Shown here one piece after another: positions 22,284 to 32,456 of a stretch of DNA of 64,000 bases (position 1 is its first letter; every line of letters starts with the position of its first letter). The notes beneath the pieces are model-generated. The model made no database searches, was not told where the DNA came from, and was given only the letters and a program-made list of their open reading frames with translations. The position numbers and the translations under genes are program-made. Source of the DNA: a virus (lineage: Duplodnaviria; Caudoviricetes); the IMG/VR virus record IMGVR_UViG_3300033074_001674, positions 101,894-165,893 of that record. The stretch is one strand, 5' to 3'.

Positions 22284-22587
22284 AGTCGCCTCCCTTAAGT
22301 AGTCTAAATTCAATATGATATGGAATATACTCTATATTGTACTTTTCGAGCTCTGCTTCCATATTTCTTATTTGGTCATTGCCATTTCCCAAAATCCTCT
22401 TACGAACAGCATTCATGAATTTTGCGCGCTCTTCAGGCGTAAAATCCCAATGCGATAATTCTCTCTCGACTGCATCAAGTGCGCCGACGAACGTTCGTTT
22501 AATCTTATGGCGCATTGCAGCCTTAAGTTTTTCTCGTGAGCCAGCAGAATATTTGTCTGTCTTCTTATCTAAATGTTCCCGTAACAT
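22273..22587 (-). CDS. Hypothetical protein (tail module)
   Basis: 104 aa, TAATG-coupled to upstream gene. Confidence 0.6.
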   Translation of the reverse strand: MLREHLDKKTDKYSAGSREKLKAAMRHKIKRTFVGALDAVERELSHWDFTPEERAKFMNAVRKRILGNGNDQIRNMEAELEKYNIEYIPYHIEFRLLKGGDCEG

Positions 22588-23825
22588 TAAACTCTCCTGC
22601 CTGAGATGGTGCCGCCTGGCAGTAGCTTATCTACATGTTTATGCGGCAGACCATCTCTTCCTCTCTTGATTGAAATAACAGCATCATTTGAGCCTATTAC
22701 ACGCCGCGAATCATTATCTGACCGCAAGTCTTCCTCATTAATATAGCCGCCAGCCTGCCTTATCTTCCTGTCCTGATGAGCTAAGAATTTCTTGCTCAGC
22801 TCGTTGTTTAATTCAGATATTTCTTGTTTAGATGGAAGTTTGTTATCTACAACTAGCCGCGGGTCATTAACTGGCCCAAGGCCTCCCTCAGTTACAACAA
22901 ATATCTCTCCATGTCTACTTATCCTGTCCGAAATTCCGCTGCGCCTTCTAGCGTGTTTATCTGCATAAGTCTTTTTGGCCTCAGCATTTGCCTTTTTAGA
23001 TTGACTGTCAAGCCATTCGTCTAATTTTTCATCATCATCTATAACTTCCTGTGGAGGCCTCTCATAAGCATCATATACACTATCATATATTTGTGACCAA
23101 TAAACCAACATAGTCTGCTCATCGGAGAGGTCAAGAACGCTTTTACCAAAAAGATTATCAATAGATTTTGCCGCTAACCATTTATGTCTCCACTGGCCAG
23201 AACGAGCAATCGCTCGCAATTCTTTTATAGTTATTTCTTTTGGTTTGTTGAATGTTATTTCTTTTATTAAATTATCTATGAATTTAGTATCCTGGAACTC
23301 GCTAAAATGCTTCCACGTCCTCCATAATTTTTGACCTTCTTCATCTAGAATAGATATGTAAATAAATGCTTTAACTTTAGATTCTTCTGCATATCGCTCT
23401 GCGCTTGTAGATAACAGCATTGCTCTTTTACTTGAAAGCTCATTTAATTGAGATAAGATTGAATCTCTTAATTTAGATAGCTTTCTATCTTCTCTCTTAG
23501 ATGCCCCATCAATCCTGGATGGAATTTTATCTAATTCATCTTTTAGAGTCTTTATTAGATTGTCATCAGATTTGGTCCAGATTTCTTTTTGGCCCAAATC
23601 TTTTAATATTTCCTGTTCCGTCATTAGACCATCTCTAATGGCCCTGTCTAATTCCAAATTATAGATATAATCTATCCACGCGCGAGCCTTTGGCGTTATT
23701 GGCTCTACCATCAATATTTGTTCTATTCCTTCACCATCTTGCACACAGATGAAGCGGCGGCCATAACCTATGCGGGCTATGGCCGACTCAATTTGTTCTG
23801 GTGTCAAATCCTTCTCCGCCCACAT
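22587..23825 (-). CDS. Putative tail assembly chaperone
   Basis: YD.VYDAYERPPQEVIDDDEKLDEW motif; shares GL(L/M)T..E...L....IWT segment with 21612-22283. Confidence 0.55.
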   Translation of the reverse strand: MWAEKDLTPEQIESAIARIGYGRRFICVQDGEGIEQILMVEPITPKARAWIDYIYNLELDRAIRDGLMTEQEILKDLGQKEIWTKSDDNLIKTLKDELDKIPSRIDGASKREDRKLSKLRDSILSQLNELSSKRAMLLSTSAERYAEESKVKAFIYISILDEEGQKLWRTWKHFSEFQDTKFIDNLIKEITFNKPKEITIKELRAIARSGQWRHKWLAAKSIDNLFGKSVLDLSDEQTMLVYWSQIYDSVYDAYERPPQEVIDDDEKLDEWLDSQSKKANAEAKKTYADKHARRRSGISDRISRHGEIFVVTEGGLGPVNDPRLVVDNKLPSKQEISELNNELSKKFLAHQDRKIRQAGGYINEEDLRSDNDSRRVIGSNDAVISIKRGRDGLPHKHVDKLLPGGTISGRRV

Positions 23826-23853
23826 TAGTGGGCCAAATCAGCCAGCCTGAATA

Positions 23854-24996
23854 TTAAGTGAAAGTTCTATGTGTAATAGTTAGGTCGTTAAAGTTCTGGT
23901 AGTTATACGTAATGGTCATGTTGCCGCCGCCGGCCTCACCACCGCCCATCTCGACGCTAGTCAATCTGTTCTTGGTGCCAAGGTTCAATATAAGACCATC
24001 ACAAATTTCCAGAATGATTTCCTCATTGACGGTGTTCTGCTGTCTTGTGCAGCCAAGGTCATCGAATGCAACCGCATTCACGAAATCTCCCTGAGAGGTA
24101 ATAACCTCTATAGAGCACGAAACCTCAATCGGGAATGTAACGAACTTGGTGAAGGGGCGCTTCTTGCCCAGCTCGAAGATATCCTCTCTACCAAGGTCAG
24201 TTGAGACGGTAATTGTCTGGAGGTGCTCAACAATTCCTTCTAGTGTCCCAGAAGAAGAAACGCCTGGAATTTGGACTGGCAAACGGCAGCGGTCCAATCG
24301 CAAACTCTCGCGTCTCTGAATACCAGAACCGATTGTTCTGGCATCTTCGAGGTTCTCGAATTGAGTTCCAGAGGGGAAACCAACTGGAACCGCATCTGTG
24401 CCAATTAGGAAACCTGTAGCTCCTGTAGCTGCTGGGAACTGGTCAGCGGCACCAGTCACGCCCTCAAAATCTGCCCAAATCTTATCGTTTCCAACTAGAG
24501 TAATTGACTCTGTAAAGTTACCATCAACTGGGAAGGTATAGGTTACAGAGCTCAAATACATGCCTGAGCCAAGCATCATAGAGATTGGCTCACCGGTTGC
24601 ACGAGTTTTAGTGTCAGAATAAATCATTACAGCCACATCTGTCTTGTATGTGGCAGTTCTATCGGTCAATGACGTAGCACCTCTGCTGGTGGTCATAAAC
24701 CATAGAGGCTTAGTGCCGTCAAGAACCTTTTCGATTGTAAATTCAATCTCTGGCTCTGACTCAATGAACTCATAAATTTCGAGCTGGCCTAGTTCGAACA
24801 CCTGCTCAAAGTTAAATGTGGTGGTCGCGCCAACGGACTGAACTCCTCGCGCCACCTCCCAAATTCGGGTGTTTTTAAAGCCGGTTGGAACAACATCGAC
24901 GCCCGGCTGAATTACAACTACCTCATTGGTAGCAGGGGCACTATTGTCTTTAAAAGCAACGCTGTGGATAGCGTAGTATACGCGATTATTTGCCAT
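23854..24996 (-). CDS. Major tail tube protein
   Basis: NNRVYYA start; duplicated EQVFELGQ / EDIFELGK motifs; position after tail completion gene. Confidence 0.75.
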   Translation of the reverse strand: MANNRVYYAIHSVAFKDNSAPATNEVVVIQPGVDVVPTGFKNTRIWEVARGVQSVGATTTFNFEQVFELGQLEIYEFIESEPEIEFTIEKVLDGTKPLWFMTTSRGATSLTDRTATYKTDVAVMIYSDTKTRATGEPISMMLGSGMYLSSVTYTFPVDGNFTESITLVGNDKIWADFEGVTGAADQFPAATGATGFLIGTDAVPVGFPSGTQFENLEDARTIGSGIQRRESLRLDRCRLPVQIPGVSSSGTLEGIVEHLQTITVSTDLGREDIFELGKKRPFTKFVTFPIEVSCSIEVITSQGDFVNAVAFDDLGCTRQQNTVNEEIILEICDGLILNLGTKNRLTSVEMGGGEAGGGNMTITYNYQNFNDLTITHRTFT

Positions 24997-25093
24997 TTTA
25001 AATCCTCTTCTCCCAGCTACTTAAGTTTTTCAGCCCTTGTTTGGAATCTCAAAGCAATATTATGCTTCATTCATCTAAGTAAATACACCATAG

Positions 25094-26020
25094 CTAGAAA
25101 TTCGGGTAAACTCTAATTGTAAAGTTAATACGGCTCCGCTCGATATTCATTAGAGGGGGGACCTGAACAAGTCGTAACTCATCTATATATATGCGCTTAT
25201 AAAAATGTTCTCCCCATTCGTTCGCCAAATTACCATAGCTAGTATACGAAGGATTCTTATCCCCATAAAAATCAAGTGGTTGTGGAGCAGTATTAAAATC
25301 TATTCCAATTAATACAACATGTTCTTGCTGAGATATCAAATCATTTAATGTATCTAGAAGATATGGTTCTCTTGTCCATATCTGGAATGCGCCATTAAGA
25401 ACGGCCACATTTGATGCAGAACCAAGCTCGTATGCGTCATTCTGCCTTCCAACCATATTAATTAGGACCATTGGCAAAGTGCGCTGATTTTTTGTTGGAT
25501 ATGATAACACTCCTGTTTGATATGGATTATCTTTATGAGATGTTTCTATATATAGGTCTTTGCTCTCGTTCTCATACGAATTTGCAAATTCAACTGTTAC
25601 AGTTTTATGACTGAATGCAACTTGCATTCCGCTGCTTGTAGAAAGAGGAGTATCTAAGATTACGCGTCCATTTGGAAAATCAAAGTGATGAGATAATGCG
25701 GCCACATATTGTGGATGTGAAGAATCTTGGGGATAGAATGTGCCTGCCACGACTATTCCAGTTGGCAAAATAGGAGGAACTATGCCAGTATCGCTAGGGA
25801 TTATTCCACTTTCATGAACCCAAGATTTGAAATGGCTTTGCCATACGCACCCATCTGCGAAATCCTCGTCTGACACCGGAGTTAGCTGGCTAAGGTCTTG
25901 ACCGTAGATATCTGTTTCTCCTAAAGATATTGTGTGAAATAGTCCATCCTTTAAAAAAAGGTCATTTAGCCATAGGTCCAAATTACTTTTAACTATAGAT
26001 GTTACTCTTTGTCTAGACAT
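25094..26020 (-). CDS. Putative tail terminator/completion protein
   Basis: Position between neck and tail tube; LPMVLI...YELG motif. Confidence 0.5.
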   Translation of the reverse strand: MSRQRVTSIVKSNLDLWLNDLFLKDGLFHTISLGETDIYGQDLSQLTPVSDEDFADGCVWQSHFKSWVHESGIIPSDTGIVPPILPTGIVVAGTFYPQDSSHPQYVAALSHHFDFPNGRVILDTPLSTSSGMQVAFSHKTVTVEFANSYENESKDLYIETSHKDNPYQTGVLSYPTKNQRTLPMVLINMVGRQNDAYELGSASNVAVLNGAFQIWTREPYLLDTLNDLISQQEHVVLIGIDFNTAPQPLDFYGDKNPSYTSYGNLANEWGEHFYKRIYIDELRLVQVPPLMNIERSRINFTIRVYPNF

Positions 26021-26756
26021 TTAACACTCTTCTAATCACTTCTCTAAAATCTTTTCTAAAGTTTTGACTAGAGAGTCTGCGTTTAATGGCAGTTCCAATT
26101 TTAGGAAAAGGATTTGGTTGCGGGCTTAATATAAATGGAGTTAACTCATCTAAATTAAATTTAACCATTATCCCAAGGCCAGTTCTTGAATCTTCTATAA
26201 TTTTTTCTTTTAAGTTTTCAGGTATATTATCATCTATTTCTACGTATTCATGAGTCAGCACTTCGAAACCCTCGATGAACTGTCTCATCCATTGGATTCT
26301 TTTTCCATTTGTTTGTGCAATATATGTATTAATTTTGCTATCATAAAATTTATCAATATCCAGATTATATGTGACTTTTCCGAACGTATTCTTTGCAAAA
26401 GATATGGTGATTTTGGCAGCAGGAGTGCCTTCCTTATCTCTTCCCTTGCCAGGCAACAGGTCTTTCCATCCCTGTGTGTACTTTTCTGGACTTGTGCTGC
26501 CACCAACGCCGATTCCTAGCGCACCAACAACATCGATACCCTGTCTATCTGGCCTAAACGAATTGCATAATGATGTGTTGCCGGTTAAGCCTTCTCCAGC
26601 TATGGCTTTTTCTATCTGCTCCTCCATAAATGGCTTTAATTCTCTACTTAGAGCAGCTCTAGCTTTTGGACTATTTATCTTATCCTCTATGGCATTAGAT
26701 ACTGCTTTAGAGAATTTCTTGAGAGAATTATCTGTTATTTTAAACTTGATAGGCAT
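26013..26756 (-). CDS. Putative neck/tail completion protein
   Basis: Position; SRTGLGIM motif. Confidence 0.45.
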   Translation of the reverse strand: MPIKFKITDNSLKKFSKAVSNAIEDKINSPKARAALSRELKPFMEEQIEKAIAGEGLTGNTSLCNSFRPDRQGIDVVGALGIGVGGSTSPEKYTQGWKDLLPGKGRDKEGTPAAKITISFAKNTFGKVTYNLDIDKFYDSKINTYIAQTNGKRIQWMRQFIEGFEVLTHEYVEIDDNIPENLKEKIIEDSRTGLGIMVKFNLDELTPFILSPQPNPFPKIGTAIKRRLSSQNFRKDFREVIRRVLNV

Positions 26757-27280
26757 TATCTACCAGCGACTTTCCACCACGCAACGCAATAGAATAATTC
26801 TCCAGCAAATCCAGTATAGCGGGGCTCCTCGAACAGTTCTACGTTAATTCCATCTATAGTGGCACCTACAGACTGTTTAATGTGGTCAAATGACTCTTTA
26901 ACCATTTTAGTGCGCACAAAATCTGCCCCTATTCTACCTATTTCTACACGTTCCTGGCCACTTCTGGTTAGATATGGCTCATCTGTCCAACGAATATTGG
27001 CCTTATAAATTGTCCAGCGCGGCTCTAAAATAAATCCTTCTCCTCTACAATCATCGCAAACTTTTCCAGCGCTACTAACGTACTTTTTGTAAAAAGAATT
27101 AAATTCGCAATCAGAGCTGGTGCATGGAGATTTCGTTGGCGGTAAATGAATTGTAACATCTCTGCCGCAAGTTAAAAGAACAACATCCATAGACTCGTGG
27201 AATTGCGCAGCCAAATCGCTTTGGTTAAGTACTCCGCTAGCTGTGCTAACAAAATCCTGCGCATTAATAATTAGGCCCAT
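26756..27280 (-). CDS. Putative head-closure/neck protein with Zn-finger
   Basis: C....C...C..C.G.G motif; TAATG coupling on both sides. Confidence 0.5.
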   Translation of the reverse strand: MGLIINAQDFVSTASGVLNQSDLAAQFHESMDVVLLTCGRDVTIHLPPTKSPCTSSDCEFNSFYKKYVSSAGKVCDDCRGEGFILEPRWTIYKANIRWTDEPYLTRSGQERVEIGRIGADFVRTKMVKESFDHIKQSVGATIDGINVELFEEPRYTGFAGELFYCVAWWKVAGR

Positions 27281-27666
27281 TACCAAATATCCCTTACATC
27301 TGCATTATCATACAGATAATCGCGTATAGCATCTTCAAGCTCTTGGCACGGACCATGTTTGTTATCTAGGTAGTCAACGCGGTCATTCCCGCTTCTCTTG
27401 CTATCAAATGACTGCTCCCCATCTCTAATAGAGATTCCTCCACCTACGCCACCAGAGCTGAACTCATCGCTGATTTCCCTATTAAGAATCATACATTCTA
27501 CTTGTAGAAGTACTAAATCATATAGTGAGCCATTGTCTGGGGACATTTCTCCTGCATTACTAATGCTAATCTCGTTAGATGTGCCAAATAGATTTAGACG
27601 CCTGTTAAGACGTCTTGCAGCCTTCTGTGCTAATTGTGTGATTTGGTCGTCAGTAAATCTAGCCAT
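27280..27666 (-). CDS. Putative head-tail adaptor
   Basis: FTDDQI N-terminus, I.DG..S.D motif; downstream of capsid. Confidence 0.55.
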   Translation of the reverse strand: MARFTDDQITQLAQKAARRLNRRLNLFGTSNEISISNAGEMSPDNGSLYDLVLLQVECMILNREISDEFSSGGVGGGISIRDGEQSFDSKRSGNDRVDYLDNKHGPCQELEDAIRDYLYDNADVRDIW

Positions 27667-27818
27667 TAATCGTCTCCTATATCAATTCTAATATCTCCTA
27701 ACATATTTGCATTGCCGCTAGAGCTAGAATATGATGCAGAGCCAACATATGTTCCGCTAGGAATTACAAGATTTGAATCATCTCCTATATCCAGGCGAAT
27801 ATCCCAAAAAAGATTCAT
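27666..27818 (-). CDS. 50-aa ORF with duplicated DIR(L/I)DIGDD motif
   Basis: Hand translation; ATGA overlap with upstream gene and TAATG overlap with downstream gene. Confidence 0.65.
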   Translation of the reverse strand: MNLFWDIRLDIGDDSNLVIPSGTYVGSASYSSSSGNANMLGDIRIDIGDD

Positions 27819-28171
27819 TTTTCTAATATCCTAATTATTGCCTGAGCTAATCCCAATTTGTCATCCTTTGTAGCAGACATCGGTTTAGTATATGAAATTC
27901 CTATTGCTCTAGCTAGCTCAACAATATCAGGCCATGACAATCCCAATAAATCCCATACATGATGAAATTCTACTGGTGGGAATACTCCTCCAAATCTTCT
28001 TGATAGATATGTGTTCGTGTAAGGAACAGTTTCTAAGCAGCTTGCATTCTCTTTATATTTCGCGAAGGATATTTCGGCCGGCGGCATCTTGCCATAGGCA
28101 AATTTGCGGCCATATATTCTCTTGCCTTCTATTTCGGTGTACCCTAACGGGTCTTTGTGATAGACTAGCAT
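27815..28171 (-). CDS. Hypothetical protein
   Basis: 118 aa; GAGG RBS and GTGTATTA motif upstream. Confidence 0.65.
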   Translation of the reverse strand: MLVYHKDPLGYTEIEGKRIYGRKFAYGKMPPAEISFAKYKENASCLETVPYTNTYLSRRFGGVFPPVEFHHVWDLLGLSWPDIVELARAIGISYTKPMSATKDDKLGLAQAIIRILEK

Positions 28172-28201
28172 TGTGCCTCTTTGCTAATCTAGTAATACAC
28201 A

Positions 28202-29155
28202 TTACATATGTAAATTGGCCTCAAGTAAAGATTCCCAGGTTTCTGGGGTTAATATTATTAACTTAATATTATTTTCGTGCATAAATCTGATTTTATCAGA
28301 TTCCTCATAATTATAACAATTAGGCCTATTATTGCCAAGACCATCCGCCTCTATAAAAATATCTGCTACTTTAAAATCAACTCTCCACTTATAAATATCT
28401 GAAATCTTAACTTCATTTTCAAATTCAATATTGTGTGATATAAACCAATTTGCAATCTTGGCTTCAAATTTGCTCCTATACCAATTGCCATTATTATCTT
28501 GGGCAGGGGTCCCAAATGTGTTGGTAGAATATGGAATTTGTATATGCCAATGCCGCAAATTCATAGATTGTATAGCAGAATATGTAGAATTTAATTTTTG
28601 AGCTGTTTCCTCATACGACAGCGTTTCTTTTAGAGTTTGCTTGGCTAATTTCTGTTCATCATCTGTCCATAATTTAACTTCTATATGGAATATATTTTGA
28701 TTATAAGCTTCCAAAGTTTTTCTTTTTACACCAAGTATTTCTGCTACGTCTTTAACTGACCTAGTTTGAATAAGCAGACTTCTTGCCTTTTCAACTAAAG
28801 AATCGCTCCATGTGCTGTAATCTGGGTTATTAATTGATTTAGACTCTGCTGAAGTTCTAATAATTCCCATATTTTTTAGATGCACACAAACAATAGTTGG
28901 GCTGCAATTAAAATAATTGGCTATCTCGCGCGTTGTTAATTGTTTTGAAATATATAAGTCGTACAAGATGGCCTGGTCTAGCTTTATTTTCCTAGTATCA
29001 ACTCTGCTTCTTAACTTTAAACCATCTTTAATAAAACGTTTTCTAACAGATGTGGCAGTCATGCCATATTGTCTCGCGATTTCATTTAATGATAATTCGC
29101 TGTTAATATATGCGTTATATAATTCATAAGTTTTTACATCTGGTCTGTGTGACAT
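28202..29155 (-). CDS. Free-standing homing-endonuclease-like protein (HTH repeats plus PD-(D/E)XK domain)
   Basis: Several HTH-like units, then YRSKFEAKIANW...VDF...IEADG; AT-richer than the capsid gene. Confidence 0.7.
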   Translation of the reverse strand: MSHRPDVKTYELYNAYINSELSLNEIARQYGMTATSVRKRFIKDGLKLRSRVDTRKIKLDQAILYDLYISKQLTTREIANYFNCSPTIVCVHLKNMGIIRTSAESKSINNPDYSTWSDSLVEKARSLLIQTRSVKDVAEILGVKRKTLEAYNQNIFHIEVKLWTDDEQKLAKQTLKETLSYEETAQKLNSTYSAIQSMNLRHWHIQIPYSTNTFGTPAQDNNGNWYRSKFEAKIANWFISHNIEFENEVKISDIYKWRVDFKVADIFIEADGLGNNRPNCYNYEESDKIRFMHENNIKLIILTPETWESLLEANLHM

Positions 29156-29179
29156 GCGCGTAAACACCATCTTGATACG

Positions 29180-29207
29180 AAAAAAGCGGGCCTGCATGAC
29201 CCGCTTT
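29180..29207 (-). terminator. Intrinsic terminator after major capsid gene
   Basis: Minus strand AAAGCGGGTC-ATGCA-GGCCCGCTTTTTT. Confidence 0.85.
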
Positions 29208-29223
29208 CTCCATTATGGAATTA

Positions 29224-30216
29224 CTAGTAGCTTCCGAGGACCAATCGGCGATTATCCAAACACGCCCAGCCCCACTCGCCCCAGGCATAGAATCCAGCCC
29301 GCATCTGTCTGTGAAGAGTTGGGTCAGGGAATACCTGAACCTCCTGACGAACAGGAGCAACAAAGCTGTCATTGGATGACATATCTAGACCAACAACGTG
29401 CTGGACATCTGTGCCAGTTAGAGCTCTGCCTAGAACGTTAGTTAGGTAAAGCTGATATTCCTGGCCAACACCAAACTCGGTCATTGGGTGCAGCTTGACA
29501 CCATACAGAGTCATCAGATTCTCTCCGGCGGAGCTTAGAATCTCTCTGCGGGTCACAGGGTCAATCTCTGTCTCGTCCCACGCACGAATATCCTCGACAG
29601 CCTCCATCGAGAGACAAAGGTCTGTTAGACGACCGGCCTGACCATTACCGCCAGCATTACGGGTCATGGCTGTCTTCATCTTGGAGATTAGCTCCTTGGT
29701 GAATTGGCCAGCATCCGCCTGACCGTCGGTCACGACTAGACCACGAGCATCTGCGGCAGCAAGAACGGTGTGCCAACCATCCTCATTATTCTTGCGGACA
29801 AAGCCTAGACGAAGAACTTCCATGGCGCGCCCAACTATGTCCCAGCGAGCATCTCTCGCATAGGTTAGAGACCAATCAATTGAGTTGGATACTCTATAAG
29901 TTGGAACCCACAGCTCGTCGCCCTCAACATGCCGCTCTGGAATCTTGCCCTGCTTAGGCATGACAAAAGCGGTAAAATTAAGGTCTTCCTCGCCTGGACG
30001 AATAAAGTCTAGCTGGTAGTTGGCCTGAGCCCCAGCAGCTAGGACCTGACGAGAGAATATCCATGAGACATTGTCGCCATCGAATATTCCCTGACGTAGA
30101 GGCTCCTGTAGAGCAGCCGCAAGAGCTTGCTGCGCAACGGCGGCCTCGGCAGGATTGTCAGAGGCGGTAGCACGAAGCAGTGCCTCTTGTTCGGGAGTTG
30201 CTTTAACCAGAGCCAT
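29224..30216 (-). CDS. Major capsid protein
   Basis: 330 aa; P..G.IPER, ARWDIVGRA, GFYAW.E.G.A.LD.RR motifs; follows scaffold and decoration genes; followed by terminator. Confidence 0.85.
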   Translation of the reverse strand: MALVKATPEQEALLRATASDNPAEAAVAQQALAAALQEPLRQGIFDGDNVSWIFSRQVLAAGAQANYQLDFIRPGEEDLNFTAFVMPKQGKIPERHVEGDELWVPTYRVSNSIDWSLTYARDARWDIVGRAMEVLRLGFVRKNNEDGWHTVLAAADARGLVVTDGQADAGQFTKELISKMKTAMTRNAGGNGQAGRLTDLCLSMEAVEDIRAWDETEIDPVTRREILSSAGENLMTLYGVKLHPMTEFGVGQEYQLYLTNVLGRALTGTDVQHVVGLDMSSNDSFVAPVRQEVQVFPDPTLHRQMRAGFYAWGEWGWACLDNRRLVLGSY

Positions 30217-30227
30217 CTAAGTCCTCC

Positions 30228-30674
30228 TTAAAGGTCCACTAGAACGTGGGCAAATCCATTAGCGTCCTTGGCTGATAGGAACTTGCCAATTATTGGGGCA
30301 GGATTCAACCCATCGGTCAGGCGTGTAGCGCCAATATAACCTGTTGGGTGTAAATATGCGGTCTGACCCTGAGCGGGGGTGCCGACAATAAGGTTAGTCT
30401 GGAACTCGCCCTTATTGCAAATACCCACCACGCTGCCTATATCTACAACGTTGCGCTGTAGATACTCAGGGTGACGGTCAAAGTTCATGCTCTCAACATC
30501 ATCTAGCTGAACGCCTAGAGGACGAACATCTGACCCGGTTGGATTAACTACATACGAGGCCTGTCCCGCAGTAGATGTATCCGCACAAAGAATGCCGCCG
30601 CGCTCTTGAGCCGCATTAACGGCAAATAGAGGGCGCAGGCACTGATATACGTGACGATTAGGACCGAGAGCCAT
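30228..30674 (-). CDS. Putative head decoration protein
   Basis: 148 aa between scaffold and MCP; GKFLSAKDANGFA end. Confidence 0.65.
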   Translation of the reverse strand: MALGPNRHVYQCLRPLFAVNAAQERGGILCADTSTAGQASYVVNPTGSDVRPLGVQLDDVESMNFDRHPEYLQRNVVDIGSVVGICNKGEFQTNLIVGTPAQGQTAYLHPTGYIGATRLTDGLNPAPIIGKFLSAKDANGFAHVLVDL

Positions 30675-32140
30675 TAGTTTCCTCCTTGGACATTCTTGCC
30701 AGCGGCAAGAAGCAGAGTCGCGAGACTTGACATTCTTTCAACCATATTGTTAGGCGCAGCGGCATCAGGGGTTCCTGCTGGCATTACGCTAGCGCTTGTC
30801 TTCACACTGTCGAGGATTGCCGCCTCAGCATCTTCCTCTTCATCCATATCCTTCTTCTCTTCATCCTTCTTCATGAAGGGAGGCTTGGCCGCTAAACCTA
30901 GCAGAGCCTTTGTATCCTCTAGGTAAGCTGCACGAGCTACCTCATCAAGAGTTAGAGCCATCGCAGAAACGCGAGCCTTTAGGGCGGACATTGCGTCAGT
31001 CTGCTCAACGCTAGCAAAAAGCTCGCTAACCTTGGCCGCCACATCTGAGGCAACTATTGACTTCTCTAGTTCATCTATTTTGGCGGAAGCCTCAGCCAGC
31101 TTAGCCGCTGATTCCTTAGCCTTTGCAGAAAGAGCGCTGACTCCATTATGGAGAACACCCATATACTCAGTTGGCTTTGCGCTAGCAATGGCGCTAACAA
31201 CTTCATCTCCAAGCAGCTTTGCTATATTCTCTGCGCCAGCAGCTAGAGCAGTTGAGAAGGTGTCAACTGTCGCAGTTAGCTTGGCTGACTCGCTCTTAAG
31301 AGATGCAAGCTCAGCGTTTTTGGTAGCAAGACTCTTTTCAAGCTCTAGAATCTTAACATTCATATCATTACCATCCGACATGGCTTGCGCCTCCTTCGCT
31401 ATACTTAATTCACCTGAATTATTTGATTCTTCTGAAGCATTAGTTACAGAACGAATAATAGAATCTTTATTCGCTGGATTGGCCACAAAACCAACGCCAC
31501 CAAACGTAATTCCTCGCAAAATCCTGCTTACTTTTTCGCCCTTGTAATTTCCAATTCCACCATTAGCTCTTAGGTGGTTATCAAGAAACGATGTAGAAGT
31601 ATTTCTGGCAACAATTTTATTACCAACTTTGTAGTCATAAGACTTAAACCATGCCTCCATAGACACAAACAGCTTGCCAGCAGATGCATCCTTCGCTATT
31701 CTCGAAGCAAGTGATGGAAACAAATATTTATATACAACACCCTTATTAAGAATGTGGAAATTTTCAGGTGGACTTTCCATTTGGTCGGCGGTAGCATCAT
31801 CTATTTGATTGCCAGCCCCATCTATAATCGCGGTGTCATACATCACGCCAACAATTTGATTATCGTCGATTACTGAGCGATGCTTCACATCAGATGTTAT
31901 TCTATCTGTTATTTCTGAGCCAGTATTATGCTCCCAATCCATTGGTTTAAATATTGGGCTTTTTCTCGCAGCCCACATCTCACTAGGGAGAAAAACATCG
32001 TCATTGGCATTTTCGCCAGTGCTAACCAAAATTGATTCAATATATAGAAGGTCTGGCTGAACAATGCCATCAGCAGATGCAGTGGCCTTCATCGGGACTT
32101 CTATAATTTTAACAGGAGCAGCAATGCTAGTCTTTAGCAT
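30674..32140 (-). CDS. Prohead protease/scaffold fusion
   Basis: N.NDDVF, WEH, VSMEA, FGGVGFVANPAN protease-like motifs plus Ala-rich coiled-coil tail. Confidence 0.75.
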   Translation of the reverse strand: MLKTSIAAPVKIIEVPMKATASADGIVQPDLLYIESILVSTGENANDDVFLPSEMWAARKSPIFKPMDWEHNTGSEITDRITSDVKHRSVIDDNQIVGVMYDTAIIDGAGNQIDDATADQMESPPENFHILNKGVVYKYLFPSLASRIAKDASAGKLFVSMEAWFKSYDYKVGNKIVARNTSTSFLDNHLRANGGIGNYKGEKVSRILRGITFGGVGFVANPANKDSIIRSVTNASEESNNSGELSIAKEAQAMSDGNDMNVKILELEKSLATKNAELASLKSESAKLTATVDTFSTALAAGAENIAKLLGDEVVSAIASAKPTEYMGVLHNGVSALSAKAKESAAKLAEASAKIDELEKSIVASDVAAKVSELFASVEQTDAMSALKARVSAMALTLDEVARAAYLEDTKALLGLAAKPPFMKKDEEKKDMDEEEDAEAAILDSVKTSASVMPAGTPDAAAPNNMVERMSSLATLLLAAGKNVQGGN

Positions 32141-32456
32141 TCTTTTTGCCTTTTTGTTTTGTTTCAGTTATGGCAAGGTCTGTTGGTGGCATGGGAAGCT
32201 TCTTTGGTTTTGGTTTTCCAACTAGCGCGTCAGCTATTTTCATATTTACTGCTCTTGAAACATCTTGTACGTCACGCTGAGGTTCTTCCAAAACATAAGG
32301 CGCACTTGATGCTACAACAGGGTTGCTTGTCAAATAGTTATTCACCTGTTTAGTATTGACGGGCTGTGCGGGACCTCCTAATGCCCTGTGTGGCTTATTA
32401 GTATGATAATTATTTACCTTGGCCGGGACAATGACTTGCTTCTTTGCTTTTTTCAT
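32127..32456 (-). CDS. Hypothetical basic Pro-rich protein
   Basis: TAATG-coupled to portal stop. Confidence 0.55.
   Translation of the reverse strand: MKKAKKQVIVPAKVNNYHTNKPHRALGGPAQPVNTKQVNNYLTSNPVVASSAPYVLEEPQRDVQDVSRAVNMKIADALVGKPKPKKLPMPPTDLAITETKQKGKKNAKD

Noticed and set aside
22273-22313. Programmed frameshift between tail chaperone ORFs
   Set aside because: The apparent 41-bp overlap shrinks to 11 bp using the GGAGG-led GTG at 22283, and no slippery heptamer is evident.
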